From NCBI GenBank assembly GCA_027593305.1, contig JAQCJA010000003.1, positions 1 to 32,559 on the forward strand: a DNA stretch of 32,559 bases, given 5' to 3'. The translations under genes and the position numbers were made by a program. Numbering within the stretch: the first letter of the stretch is position 1; every line of letters begins with the position of its first letter. The notes under the pieces were generated by a model that saw only the letters and a list, made by a program, of their open reading frames with translations, did not search any database and was not told the origin of the DNA. Positions 18,324 through 28,039 of the stretch are shown in pieces. The stretch comes from a bacterium. GTDB taxonomy: Bacteria > Latescibacterota > UBA2968 > UBA8231.

Positions 18324-20029
18324 CGCGCTGCAGGCTTCCTGCCGCCATGTTGGTACTGCTGTGTGCCGCACCGCTGATGGCGACCGAGGCGTTGTGGGTT
18401 TTCCTGGCGGATAAGCCTGCAGCAGATGGTCGCCGAATAGATTGGTCCACAGGGCATACAGCAACCCGCCAGCAGTTGGATCAATCTGTGGATGCCACGT
18501 ATCTGCAGGCCGTACTGGCAACCGGCGTGGTCGTGCGCCAGCGTTCGCGCTGGTTCAATGCGGTCAGCGTCACGGCCACTGCTGACCAGGTGCAGGAGCT
18601 TCGGGCGCTGCCCTTCGTACTCGATGTGCGTCCCGTGCGGAGCTTTCACCGGACGCCGGCGCCGGCCACCGCAAGTGTACCCGCATCCCGCAGAGCAGGT
18701 GCGGCGTTGGACTACGGAGAATCCTTTGAACAGAACGCCGCCGTCGCAGCACATCTGTTGCACGCCCGTGATGTGATGGGCCAGGGGGTGCGCGTCGCGA
18801 TCATTGATGCCGGTTTCAACTGGCAGGACCATCAGGCTTTTGCCAGTCTCAACGTCCTCGCCTGGCGGGATTTTCTCAATGATGACAACGACGTCGGTGA
18901 TGAGACGGACGAGCCGATCACTGGCAACGAGATAGAGACTGGCCAGAACCTCCACGGCACCGAAGTGCTCGGGGTGATCGCCGGCTATGATCCCGGACGA
19001 CTCGTAGGAATCGCGCCCCGCGCGCACTACCTGCTGGCCAAGACGGAGGACGCCCGTGTCGATGATCGGGGTGTGGAACTCGACCCGCCGACGGAGGAGG
19101 ACCGGTGGATCGCTGCCCTTGAGTGGGCCGACAGTCTGGGGGCACAGATCGTCAGTTCATCGCTTGGCTACATCACCTTCGATGATGGCACGGGATATGA
19201 ATACGAAGACCTGGATGGCCGGACGGCACTCACGACACGTGCCGCCGAGCTGGCGGTCGCTCGAGGCATCGTTGTTGTTGTGGCCGCCGGCAACGAGGGC
19301 AACACGAGTTGGCACCACATCACGGTCCCCGCCGACGGTGCAGGTGTCATCGCCGTCGGTGCCGTTCATCCAGTGAACAGCGGCCTCGCCTTCTTCAGTT
19401 CCAGGGGACCAACAGCAGATGGGCGTATCAAGCCCGACGTGGTGGCGCCGGGGCAGCAGATTGTCACCGTCACCGGCAGGGGAGCCGGGTCGTCGTCGCT
19501 CCCATTCAGCCTGCAGGAATATCGTCGGCTGAGCGGCACGTCATTTTCGGCACCCATCGTCAGTGGCGCCTGCGCACTTCTGCTGCAACTGCATCCGACC
19601 TGGACACCCGGGGAGGTGGCGGACGCACTGCGCTCCACGGCAACCGATCTGGGCCCAGCGGGACCCGACACCCTCTTTGGGTGGGGCCTGATCGATGTTG
19701 CCAAGGCGAGCGGACTCGACGCGATCATCCCCGAGATCAGCCTGGCGGCAGCGCCCTTTCCGAACCCCGCCCGTGGCCCGGCGCCGACGATCCACTTCCC
19801 CGTTGCGTTGCATGCAACGGAGAATGTATCCCTGTCACTTTTCGACGCGGCGGGAGAACTGGTGGACCGCGTCGAACCCAGGCGCCTACCCCCGGGAGAC
19901 TACACCAGTCCCACCCTGGCCCCCAGATGGCACGTACCGGAGCGCCTCGCGGATGGTGTCTACCTGTACGTTCTCTCCAGTGAAACGCTCCACTACACAG
20001 GAAAGGTCGCGGTTCTGCGAACTCGCTAG
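18320..20029 (+). CDS. Secreted S8 (subtilisin-like) serine peptidase with C-terminal sorting-type domain
   Basis: Catalytic triad IIDAG / HGTEV / SGTSFS, oxyanion AAGN, IKPDVVAPG; tail PFPNP..LFDAAGELV..GVYLY..KVAVLR. Confidence 0.92.
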   Translation: MTRCRLPAAMLVLLCAAPLMATEALWVFLADKPAADGRRIDWSTGHTATRQQLDQSVDATYLQAVLATGVVVRQRSRWFNAVSVTATADQVQELRALPFVLDVRPVRSFHRTPAPATASVPASRRAGAALDYGESFEQNAAVAAHLLHARDVMGQGVRVAIIDAGFNWQDHQAFASLNVLAWRDFLNDDNDVGDETDEPITGNEIETGQNLHGTEVLGVIAGYDPGRLVGIAPRAHYLLAKTEDARVDDRGVELDPPTEEDRWIAALEWADSLGAQIVSSSLGYITFDDGTGYEYEDLDGRTALTTRAAELAVARGIVVVVAAGNEGNTSWHHITVPADGAGVIAVGAVHPVNSGLAFFSSRGPTADGRIKPDVVAPGQQIVTVTGRGAGSSSLPFSLQEYRRLSGTSFSAPIVSGACALLLQLHPTWTPGEVADALRSTATDLGPAGPDTLFGWGLIDVAKASGLDAIIPEISLAAAPFPNPARGPAPTIHFPVALHATENVSLSLFDAAGELVDRVEPRRLPPGDYTSPTLAPRWHVPERLADGVYLYVLSSETLHYTGKVAVLRTR

Positions 20030-20089
20030 AAGCTTCGCCATGTGGCAAGCGGGTTCTCCAGCGAGTACCTTCGTTGTGCGGAGACTCTG

Positions 20090-20620
20090 ATGACATCCAC
20101 GCCTACTGACGCAGCCGCCCACGGGCGGCCGGCACCGACGCGCCGTGTCCGGAACCAACGGCAGATGCGGACGCTGAACCGCATGGGGCTGCTCTGCAGT
20201 GCCGTCTTCATACCGGTATATGTTGCGATCAGACTCACCGGGGGATCAACAGCGAAGCTTGATGAGCTACCGGACCTGCTGAGTCGGATCCAGACACCCG
20301 TTGTCTGGGAAGTACCTGAAAACGGCGTGCGCTACGAGACGTTCTTCCACGGATATCCGGATGCGGGCTACAAGTTCGTCGTCGTCAGAGTACAGATGGA
20401 GGCCCGCATGAAAATCGGGTACGACATTGTCCCAAGATGTTTCCAGTTGGTGGATGATACCGGGCTCCGTCACTACCCGCTGACTCACTCGCCGATTTTT
20501 ATTCATCTCGGCGACAAATTCAAACTCGATCGAGATGACACTCTCGACGAGGAACTTCTGTTCGAAATCCCCAAGGCTGCCAGTGCCGACCGGCTCACTT
20601 TCGAACGCTACCAGGAGTAA
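20090..20620 (+). CDS. Membrane-anchored DUF4352-like Ig-fold protein
   Basis: GGAG before the ATG at 20090; one TM helix; GYKFVVVRVQM..FQLVDDTG..LLFEIPK pattern. Confidence 0.65.
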   Translation: MTSTPTDAAAHGRPAPTRRVRNQRQMRTLNRMGLLCSAVFIPVYVAIRLTGGSTAKLDELPDLLSRIQTPVVWEVPENGVRYETFFHGYPDAGYKFVVVRVQMEARMKIGYDIVPRCFQLVDDTGLRHYPLTHSPIFIHLGDKFKLDRDDTLDEELLFEIPKAASADRLTFERYQE

Positions 20621-20627
20621 GGTTGCT

Positions 20628-21726
20628 ATGGCTACTCTCGACGAGACGATCTCCGACTGCCAGATTCGGCTTGAACGGTTGCGAGGGTATCTTTGACGTC
20701 GACCTGCGACGTCGACGACTTACCGAACTCGAGGAGCAAATGGCGGTCGGCGATTTCTGGAACGACCGGCAAAGAGGGCAGACCGTATCGCGTGAGGCCC
20801 GTGAGTTGCGCGCCATCCTCGGACCCTTCGCGGCTCTGCACTCACGTATAGCGGACTTATGTGAATTGCACCAAATGAGCACGGAGGAGGGTGACGAGAC
20901 CTCTCTCTCCGAGTTCGAGGCCGAGGCCGCCTCTCTGTTGGTCGAACTCGATCATATGGAGTTCCTGGCGATTCTGTCGGATCCAGATGACTCGAAAGAT
21001 GCCATTCTCGAGATCCATCCTGGCGCCGGCGGGACCGAAGCCGCCGATTGGGCCGAGATGCTGATGCGCCTCTATCAGCGCTGGATCGAGCGGCGCGAGT
21101 TCGAGGCGGAGGTGATGGACCTGGTGCCCGGAGACGAGGCGGGAATCAAGTCTGTCACGATCGAAGTGAAAGGCAGCTACGCATATGGTTACCTCAAGGC
21201 CGAGGCCGGTGTCCATCGCCTTGTGCGGATATCACCGTTCGACGCACAGAAACGGCGGCATACCTCTTTCGCCAGTGTCTTCGTCTACCCTCAGGTAGAC
21301 GAAATGCCAGAGGTGGAATTGAAGGATGTGGACATCCAGGTCGATGTCTACAAGGCAGGCGGTGCCGGGGGGCAACACGTGAACAAGACCTCATCCGCCG
21401 TGCGCATGACCCACCTGCCGACGGGTATCACGGTGTCATGCCAGAATGAGCGCTCGCAGTTGAAAAACAAGGGCGCCGCTCGCAAGGTCCTGACGGCCAG
21501 GGTCTACGCTTTCTACAAGCAGGAAGAATTGAAGAAAATTGCGGCCGTAGAGAGCACGAAGATGGCCATCGATTTTGGCAGCCAGATTCGTTCCTATGTC
21601 TTCCAGCCGTACACGATGGTGAAAGACCACCGAACCGGACACGAGTCAGGCAACCTCCAGGCCATCATGGATGGTGACATCGACAAGTTCATCGAAGCCT
21701 ATCTGACAGCGGCCCGGGCAAAGTAG
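20628..21726 (+). CDS. prfB: Peptide chain release factor 2 (programmed +1 frameshift; join 20628..20693 and 20695..21726, 365 aa)
   Basis: ATG at 20628 gives MATLDETISDCQIRLERLRGYL then TGA. The +1 frame contains GAGGTEA, GVHRLVRISPFD, GGQHVNKT and GSQIRSYV. Confidence 0.97.
20683..20697 (+). other. prfB +1 frameshift cassette
   Basis: GAGGG-TAT-CTT-TGA-C: internal SD, slippery CTT-T and in-frame UGA. Confidence 0.95.
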
Positions 21727-21732
21727 GCCGTC

Positions 21733-22986
21733 GTGTCGTACGAACTTTTTGTCGCCCGACGGTACCTGAAAGCCAAACACCGCTCCGGGTTTCTTTCTGT
21801 CATCAGTTTCATTGCCGTGGGCGGCGTGATCCTGGGCGTTGCTGCCCTCGTGATCATGCTCTCTGTGACCAACGGGTTCTCTGGTGAGGTGAAGAACCGT
21901 CTGATCGGCATGAACGCCCATGTCAGCATCGGCCGGTACTATGGCGCTCCCATCGAACAAGCCGATACACTCCTGGCCCATATCGTGAAGATGCCCGTAG
22001 TTCGAGGCGCCGCACCGATCGTCGAAGCGAAATTGGGGTTGTATACCAATGACGGTGATTTTTCTGGGGTCATCGTCTGGGGCATTGACCCGCAGAACTT
22101 CGGCCAGGTGTCTGATCTGCCGAAGCATCTGGAATACGATAAGCAGGGGCAGTTTCACTTTGATCCGCCAGAGGGTGAGAAGTACCCGGGAATCATTGTG
22201 GGGGCGTCTCTGGCGAATCGTCTGCGCATCGGCGTCGGTGACCGTGTCTTTCTTCTGTCGATCCAGAAGCGGCCCATCGAGGAGGTGTTGATGGACGGTC
22301 TGGCACCCAAGTATCACCCCTATGTCGTGACCGATCTCTTCGCCAGTGGTATGTATCACTACGACGACACCTTTGCCTTTGTGGGCCTCGACGAAGCTCG
22401 CCGCATGCTGGCGATGGATGGCGTGTCCGCCATCCATCTGCGCATAGATGATCTGGATGATGCGACGACGCTTCGCGACGAACTCGACGAAGATCTGGGT
22501 TACCCCTTCCACGTCACGGACTGGACACAGCAGTTTCCCGAACTGTTCCACTGGATGGAGCTGGAGAAGATCGTGATCTTCACGGCCCTGAGTCTGATCA
22601 TCGTCGTTGCTGCTTTCAATATCATGTCGATCCTGACGATGTCGATCCTGATCAAGACGCCCGAGATCGGTATCCTTCGAGCCATGGGTGCCCAGGCCAA
22701 AGGGATTGGCCGTGTCTTTATCTTTCAGGGCATGTTCATCGGCGTCTTCGGCACGGCATTGGGATGCCTGATCGGGCTCGCCGTGTGTGTCGTACAGGAT
22801 CGTCTGCAGATTATCTCCATCCCAAGTGACATCTACATCATCAGTTCTCTGCCGGTCGACATGCAGCCCCTTGACTTCGTCGCAGTATCCGTCATGAGTA
22901 TCGTCATCTGCCTGCTGGCGGCGGTCATTCCAGCACGCAAGGCTGCCTCTTTGGAACCTGTCGAAGCCATCCGTTACATCATGTGA
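21733..22986 (+). CDS. lolE: Lipoprotein-releasing ABC permease LolC/E
   Basis: ARRYL..FLSVIS..GV.LGVAAL..SV.NGF; VAAFNI..KTPEIGILRAMGA; PARKAASLEPVEAIRY. Confidence 0.92.
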   Translation: MSYELFVARRYLKAKHRSGFLSVISFIAVGGVILGVAALVIMLSVTNGFSGEVKNRLIGMNAHVSIGRYYGAPIEQADTLLAHIVKMPVVRGAAPIVEAKLGLYTNDGDFSGVIVWGIDPQNFGQVSDLPKHLEYDKQGQFHFDPPEGEKYPGIIVGASLANRLRIGVGDRVFLLSIQKRPIEEVLMDGLAPKYHPYVVTDLFASGMYHYDDTFAFVGLDEARRMLAMDGVSAIHLRIDDLDDATTLRDELDEDLGYPFHVTDWTQQFPELFHWMELEKIVIFTALSLIIVVAAFNIMSILTMSILIKTPEIGILRAMGAQAKGIGRVFIFQGMFIGVFGTALGCLIGLAVCVVQDRLQIISIPSDIYIISSLPVDMQPLDFVAVSVMSIVICLLAAVIPARKAASLEPVEAIRYIM

Positions 22987-23708
22987 CTGCAATGAGAATC
23001 GATGAATCGACAACCGTTGAGACCTTGTCACCTCGTGGCATCGTCCTGCGTGCGAAGGATGTGCGCAAGGTCTACCGCAGCGGCGACCAGGACCTCGAGG
23101 TGCTGCGGGGGATCAATATTGAACTCCGGGAAGGCGAGACCGTCGCCATTACCGGTGCATCCGGAGTGGGCAAGAGCACGCTGCTCCACATCCTGGGCGC
23201 CCTGGATCGACCAACAGAGGGCCAGCTGCAGATCCGTGACGTCGACGTTCTGGCACTCAACGACGACGATCGGGCGCAGTTCCGTAATCGGCACGTGGGC
23301 TTTGTTTTCCAGTTTCACAATCTTCTGCCAGAGTTTACCGCACTGGAGAATGTGATGATGCCAGCCCTGATCGCCCGACACGCTGATGGAATGGAACCCA
23401 GGGCAAGAGATCTGCTGTCCCTCGTGGGCCTCGATCACCGTCTTGAGCACCGGCCTGGCGAGCTCTCCGGTGGCGAGTGTCAACGGGTCGCGGTCGCCCG
23501 GGCTCTCATCATGAAACCCGAGCTTGTCCTGGCCGACGAGCCTTCCGGCAATCTGGATCACGAGTCCAGCGACCGCCTGCACGGCCTGCTTCGCGAACTG
23601 GCGAGCGCCGAGAACCAGGCTTTCCTGGTCATGACGCATGACAGAGACCTTGCCGCCAGTCTCGATCGATCGGGGCATATCGATGCCGGTCGTCTGGATC
23701 TCAACTGA
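22983..23708 (+). CDS. lolD: Lipoprotein-releasing ABC ATPase LolD
   Basis: GASGVGKSTLLH, GFVFQFHNLLPEFTALENV, LSGGECQRVAVARAL, LADEPSGNLD. Start may instead be the ATG at 22992. Confidence 0.92.
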   Translation: MTAMRIDESTTVETLSPRGIVLRAKDVRKVYRSGDQDLEVLRGINIELREGETVAITGASGVGKSTLLHILGALDRPTEGQLQIRDVDVLALNDDDRAQFRNRHVGFVFQFHNLLPEFTALENVMMPALIARHADGMEPRARDLLSLVGLDHRLEHRPGELSGGECQRVAVARALIMKPELVLADEPSGNLDHESSDRLHGLLRELASAENQAFLVMTHDRDLAASLDRSGHIDAGRLDLN

Positions 23709-23711
23709 GCC

Positions 23712-24236
23712 ATGATCTGTGACATCTGCAACAAGCGCCAGGCAACGATCGAGTTCACGGCAATCGCAGGGGACGCGAAAAAGACGCTGCACCTTTGCCA
23801 GGAGTGCTCCAAACAGCAGGGCCAGAAAACGGAACCCGTGAAGCTGGCGCATGTGCCGACGGATGCGAAGAAAGTGGATGTCGTCATCGGCCAGCTGGCT
23901 GGTGCCGAGGCAGGCAAGGGTCTGTGTCCGGGCTGCGGTATGACGTATGAGGAGTTCCGCAAGGTTGGCCGCCTGGGTTGTTCGCAGTGCTACGCAGCTT
24001 TCGGTACACCTCTGCGGCGACTGTTGAAACGCATCCACGGATCCGATCTGCATGTCGGCCGCGGTCCCAGGGCGCCCACTCCGGTTCCCGAGCATGGGGA
24101 CTCCCGAACAGGCACGACGGCTGTCAACGCAGAAGATCTGCGCTCGGAACTGGCAGCAGCTGTCAATGCCGAAGACTACGAACGAGCGGCGGATCTGCGC
24201 GATCGCATCGCCCGCCTGCAGGAAGAGGGCTCTTGA
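23712..24236 (+). CDS. mcsA: Protein-arginine kinase activator McsA
   Basis: Four CxxC motifs (CDIC, CQEC, CPGC, CSQC), GRLGC..CY..F, IHG...HVG, and UVR tail EDYERAADLRD. Confidence 0.93.
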   Translation: MICDICNKRQATIEFTAIAGDAKKTLHLCQECSKQQGQKTEPVKLAHVPTDAKKVDVVIGQLAGAEAGKGLCPGCGMTYEEFRKVGRLGCSQCYAAFGTPLRRLLKRIHGSDLHVGRGPRAPTPVPEHGDSRTGTTAVNAEDLRSELAAAVNAEDYERAADLRDRIARLQEEGS

Positions 24237-24255
24237 AAGAGGCGGGCTCTTGAAA
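24222..24255 (+). repeat. 17-bp tandem duplication at mcsA/mcsB junction
   Basis: GAAGAGGGCTCTTGAAA / GAGGCGGGCTCTTGAAA are 15/17 identical, with a perfect 12-bp core GGGCTCTTGAAA. Confidence 0.85.
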
Positions 24256-25311
24256 CTCGATTCCCTGATCCGGACGGCTCCAAGCTGGATGAGCGGCGAC
24301 GGCGACGCGGATGGTATTGTCATCAGCTGCCGGGCTCGCCTGGCGCGCAATCTCGCCGGCTACCCCTTTGGCACACGTATCACGCAAACTCAGCAGCAAC
24401 AGGTCATCGACGAGGTCCTTGCGGCGGCCAAGACGAGCCGTTCGATGAGTACGGCCACGTACTTCGGGATGAGCGTGCTCGACGGCAACGAGCGCAGGGT
24501 GTTGGTGGAACGGCACCTCATCAGTCCGACTCTGGCAGACGAGAAGGGCGAGCGTGGGGTTCTGTTCAATCAGGACGAATCACTAAGTGTGATGATCAAT
24601 GAAGAAGATCACCTGCGCCTGCAGGCGATTTCACCCGGTACTCGGGGCCGGGATGCCTTTGCCGCGATCTGTGCGCTGGATGACGAGTTACTCAATGCAG
24701 TCAACTGCGCGCACGATCCGAGAATCGGATTCCTCACAGCCTGTCCGACGAACACGGGAACGGGCCTGCGTCTTTCTGTTCTGATGCATCTGCCGGCCCT
24801 CGTTCTTACAGAAGACATGGAGCGAGTTTTGCAGGGGTTGAGTCACTTGTCCTTCACCGTCAGAGGCGTATACGGTGAAGGCTCCAATGCGGCAGGAAAT
24901 CTCTTCCAGATATCGAACCAGGCGACGCTTGGTGCCTCGGAACAGAGCATCCTTGAGGGGTTGCTGCGTATTGCCGAGCAACTGATAGGTTACGAAAGAG
25001 ACGCCCAGGACTCGTTGACGAAGGAAGCCCGGGGACAGATGGAAGACAAGGTGTGGCGCGCCTACGGCATTCTGTCCCACGCCCGAATCCTGACGAGCCA
25101 GGAGTTCATGAATCTGTTGTCAGCGGTGCGACTGGGGTGCACCCTCGGGGTTGTGCAGGGCATACCCTCAGGGTTCCTCAATCACCTCATGATCGCCACT
25201 CAGCCCTCCCACTTACGGGCTGAAGCTGGGCGTGGACTGACCCCGGCGGAACGCGACTTGCGGCGCGCCGACCTGGTCCGAGAGAAACTGTCGCAAGTTA
25301 ATAATTCATAG
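24250..25311 (+). CDS. mcsB: Protein-arginine kinase McsB
   Basis: RARLARNL, LVERHLISP, MINEEDHLRLQ, GFLTACPTNTGTGLR, VRGVYGEGS, FQISNQATLG. Probable start is the TTG at 24250. Confidence 0.95.
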   Translation: MKLDSLIRTAPSWMSGDGDADGIVISCRARLARNLAGYPFGTRITQTQQQQVIDEVLAAAKTSRSMSTATYFGMSVLDGNERRVLVERHLISPTLADEKGERGVLFNQDESLSVMINEEDHLRLQAISPGTRGRDAFAAICALDDELLNAVNCAHDPRIGFLTACPTNTGTGLRLSVLMHLPALVLTEDMERVLQGLSHLSFTVRGVYGEGSNAAGNLFQISNQATLGASEQSILEGLLRIAEQLIGYERDAQDSLTKEARGQMEDKVWRAYGILSHARILTSQEFMNLLSAVRLGCTLGVVQGIPSGFLNHLMIATQPSHLRAEAGRGLTPAERDLRRADLVREKLSQVNNS

Positions 25312-25346
25312 GTACTTGAGAGGCTTCGACCGGGCTTGCCCGAACC

Positions 25347-25375
25347 TTGACACTTCGAAAGCACCTGTGTAGTTT
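25347..25375 (+). promoter_or_regulatory. Internal sigma70-like promoter upstream of clpC
   Basis: TTGACA (25347-25352), 17-bp spacer, TAGTTT (25370-25375); GGAGG RBS before the ATG at 25421. Confidence 0.6.
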
Positions 25376-25420
25376 GAGCCAAGCCAATCAACTGGCCCAA
25401 TTATCTGGAGGTCGCGGTAC

Positions 25421-27886
25421 ATGAACAACATGTTCACCGATGGAGTGAAGCGTGTCATGCAGTACGCGCGGGAGGAATCTGCGCGCCTCGGGCACAATTA
25501 CATCGGCACCGAGCACCTGCTCCTCGGCATCATCAAAGAGGGTAAGGGCAAGGCAGTTACCGTTCTAACCAACCTCGGACTCAACCTCGAAACAGTGAAG
25601 CAGTCCGTCGAGGATTACGTCGCCACCTCGGGTGGCACCATGACCATAGGCGAAGTGCCATTCACGCCTCGCGCCAAGCAGATCCTTGAGGTTGCTGCCA
25701 ACGAAGCCAAGGACATGAAGACGCAGTTCGTTGACGTTGAGCATCTCCTGCTTGCTCTGCTCAAGGACAAAGAAGGTGTTGCGGCACAGATTCTTGCCGC
25801 TTTCGGTGTCGATTACAAGACTGCCATGGAAGAGACCGTCGCCGTTCTCGAAGGCAAGACGACAGGATCCAAAGAGAAGGGCAAGAAGAGCAAGACGCCT
25901 TTCCTCGATCATTTCGGGCGCGATCTGACGCAGATGGCCCGCGAAGGCAAGTTGGATCCCGTCATCGGACGCGAGAAGGAAATCGAGCGCGTGACGCAGA
26001 TTCTATCGCGCCGCAAGAAGAACAATCCCATTCTCATCGGCGACCCAGGTGTTGGCAAGACGGCGATCGTCGAGGGCTTGGCCCAACGCATCGTTGAAAA
26101 GCGCGTTCCCCAGATTTTGCTCGACAAGCGACTTGTCACTCTGGATATGGGTGGAGTTGTTGCCGGTACCAAGTACCGTGGACAGTTCGAGGAGCGTATC
26201 AAAGCCGTCCTCAACGAACTCAATCAGAATCCCGATGTCGTGATCTTTATCGACGAACTGCACACCATCGTCGGTGCCGGCAGTGCTGAGGGCACTCTGG
26301 ACGCTTCCAACATGTTCAAACCCGCCCTGTCCCGCGGCGAACTGCAGTGCATCGGTGCGACGACCCTGGACGAGTATCGGAAATACATCGAGAAGGACGG
26401 TGCGCTGGAGCGTCGCTTTCAGTCGATCATGGTCGAACCGCCTTCCGTCCCCGATACCATCGAGATCCTCAAGGGTCTGCGCGCCAACTATGAGAGCCAT
26501 CATCACGTAACGTACTCTGATCAGGTTGTCGCCTACGCAGTGAAGCAGTCGGATCGCTATATCGCCGACCGCTACCTGCCAGACAAGGCGATCGACATCA
26601 TCGACGAGACCGGGTCTCGGGTCCATCTGGCACGACTGAGCCCTCCCGAAGAGATCGGTGCTCTCGAGGCACAGATCCAGGAGATCGATCGCAAGAAGAT
26701 CGAGTGTTCCGAGAAACAGGAATTTGAAGAAGCGGCCCGCCTGCGAGATGAAGCGCACAGTCTGCGCGAGAGTCTGCAGCAGAGGCGCCGAGCCTGGGAG
26801 GAGGAAGTCCGCAACGAAGTCGTCGAGGTCACCGAAGATGACATCGCTGCCGTCATTTCGTCCATTACCGGTGTGCCCATGCAGCGCTTGGCCGCCAGCG
26901 AGACAGAGCGATTGCTGTCCATGGAAGGGGAACTCCGCAAGCAGGTCGTGGGTCAAGAAGTGGCGACAGCCACAGTCTCCAGAGCGATACGCCGCAGTCG
27001 CGCCGGGTTGCAGGACCCAAAGCGACCGATTGGCTCGTTTCTTTTCCTCGGTCCCACGGGTGTCGGCAAGACGTACATGGCTGCCAAGCTGGCTGAGTTC
27101 CTTTTCGGTGACGAAGAGGCCCTCATCACGGTAGACATGTCAGAATACATGGAGAAGTTCACCGTTTCTCGACTCGTCGGTGCGCCTCCGGGTTATGTCG
27201 GCTTCGACGAAGGTGGGCAACTGACCGAGCGTGTTCGGCGGCGTCCCTACTCGGTGATCCTGCTGGATGAGATGGAGAAGGCGCACCCGGATGTCTTTAA
27301 CATCCTGCTGCAGATTCTCGATGAGGGCAGGCTGACAGACAGCACCGGCCGAAAAGTTGACTTTCGCAACACGGTCGTGATCATGACATCAAACGTCGGT
27401 ACCCGCGAAGTCGGCTCCGGCGGCGTCCTGGGTTTCGGCAAGACCGACGACGAATCGATGCAGGAGTTGATGGAAGCGAAGGTCAAAGACGCGATGAAGA
27501 AGGCTTTCAATCCGGAGTTTCTGAATCGCATTGATGACACGGTGATCTTTCATTCGTTGACCCGAGAGAACATTGCGGAGATCATTGATATCTTCCTCGA
27601 AGAGTTCAAGACGCGACTGGTTGATCGTGACATCCAGGTGCGGATTACCCCCGGGGCAAAGAGCCTGATTGCAGAAAAGGGATTTGACCAGCAATACGGC
27701 GCACGTTATCTCAGGCGCACGGCCCAGAAGCTGCTCGAAGACCCACTTGCCGAGGAGATCCTCCAGGGTCGTTTCAGCGAAGGCAGCCGGATCCGGGTTA
27801 CGAAGAAGGGCGAAGCCCTCGTCTTTGATGACGAGAGAGACGCCGCTGAGTCGGTTGATGAAAAAAAACCTGAGGCTGCCTCCTGA
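25421..27886 (+). CDS. clpC: ATP-dependent Clp protease ATPase ClpC
   Basis: Double Clp-N repeat, GDPGVGKT and GPTGVGKT Walker A motifs, short UVR middle domain ([11 protein letters not shown]), LGF ClpP-docking loop; follows mcsAB. Confidence 0.96.
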   Translation: MNNMFTDGVKRVMQYAREESARLGHNYIGTEHLLLGIIKEGKGKAVTVLTNLGLNLETVKQSVEDYVATSGGTMTIGEVPFTPRAKQILEVAANEAKDMKTQFVDVEHLLLALLKDKEGVAAQILAAFGVDYKTAMEETVAVLEGKTTGSKEKGKKSKTPFLDHFGRDLTQMAREGKLDPVIGREKEIERVTQILSRRKKNNPILIGDPGVGKTAIVEGLAQRIVEKRVPQILLDKRLVTLDMGGVVAGTKYRGQFEERIKAVLNELNQNPDVVIFIDELHTIVGAGSAEGTLDASNMFKPALSRGELQCIGATTLDEYRKYIEKDGALERRFQSIMVEPPSVPDTIEILKGLRANYESHHHVTYSDQVVAYAVKQSDRYIADRYLPDKAIDIIDETGSRVHLARLSPPEEIGALEAQIQEIDRKKIECSEKQEFEEAARLRDEAHSLRESLQQRRRAWEEEVRNEVVEVTEDDIAAVISSITGVPMQRLAASETERLLSMEGELRKQVVGQEVATATVSRAIRRSRAGLQDPKRPIGSFLFLGPTGVGKTYMAAKLAEFLFGDEEALITVDMSEYMEKFTVSRLVGAPPGYVGFDEGGQLTERVRRRPYSVILLDEMEKAHPDVFNILLQILDEGRLTDSTGRKVDFRNTVVIMTSNVGTREVGSGGVLGFGKTDDESMQELMEAKVKDAMKKAFNPEFLNRIDDTVIFHSLTRENIAEIIDIFLEEFKTRLVDRDIQVRITPGAKSLIAEKGFDQQYGARYLRRTAQKLLEDPLAEEILQGRFSEGSRIRVTKKGEALVFDDERDAAESVDEKKPEAAS

Positions 27887-27938
27887 GGCAGCCTTTCCCT
27901 GCTACAGCGCTGCACCTGGTTCCGGCGCTTCACGAAAC

Positions 27939-27978
27939 AAGCCGCTCTATCACGGACTCAGAGATAGAGCGGCTTTTT
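27939..27978 (+). terminator. Intrinsic terminator after clpC
   Basis: 13-bp stem AAGCCGCTCTATC / GATAGAGCGGCTT then TTT. An additional hairpin at 27873-27894 spans the clpC stop. Confidence 0.8.
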
Positions 27979-28039
27979 CGGCTTTCTGCCTGCTGCACGG
28001 TGAGCGACCAATGGTCGACGCAACGGAGGCCCAACGAAC

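Noticed and set aside
20623-20694. prfB as a pseudogene or with an MLWLLST N-terminus
   Set aside because: Explained by the canonical programmed frameshift.
27861-27868. A-run at the clpC 3' end
   Set aside because: It encodes Glu-Lys-Lys a few codons before the stop, so slippage would have little effect.
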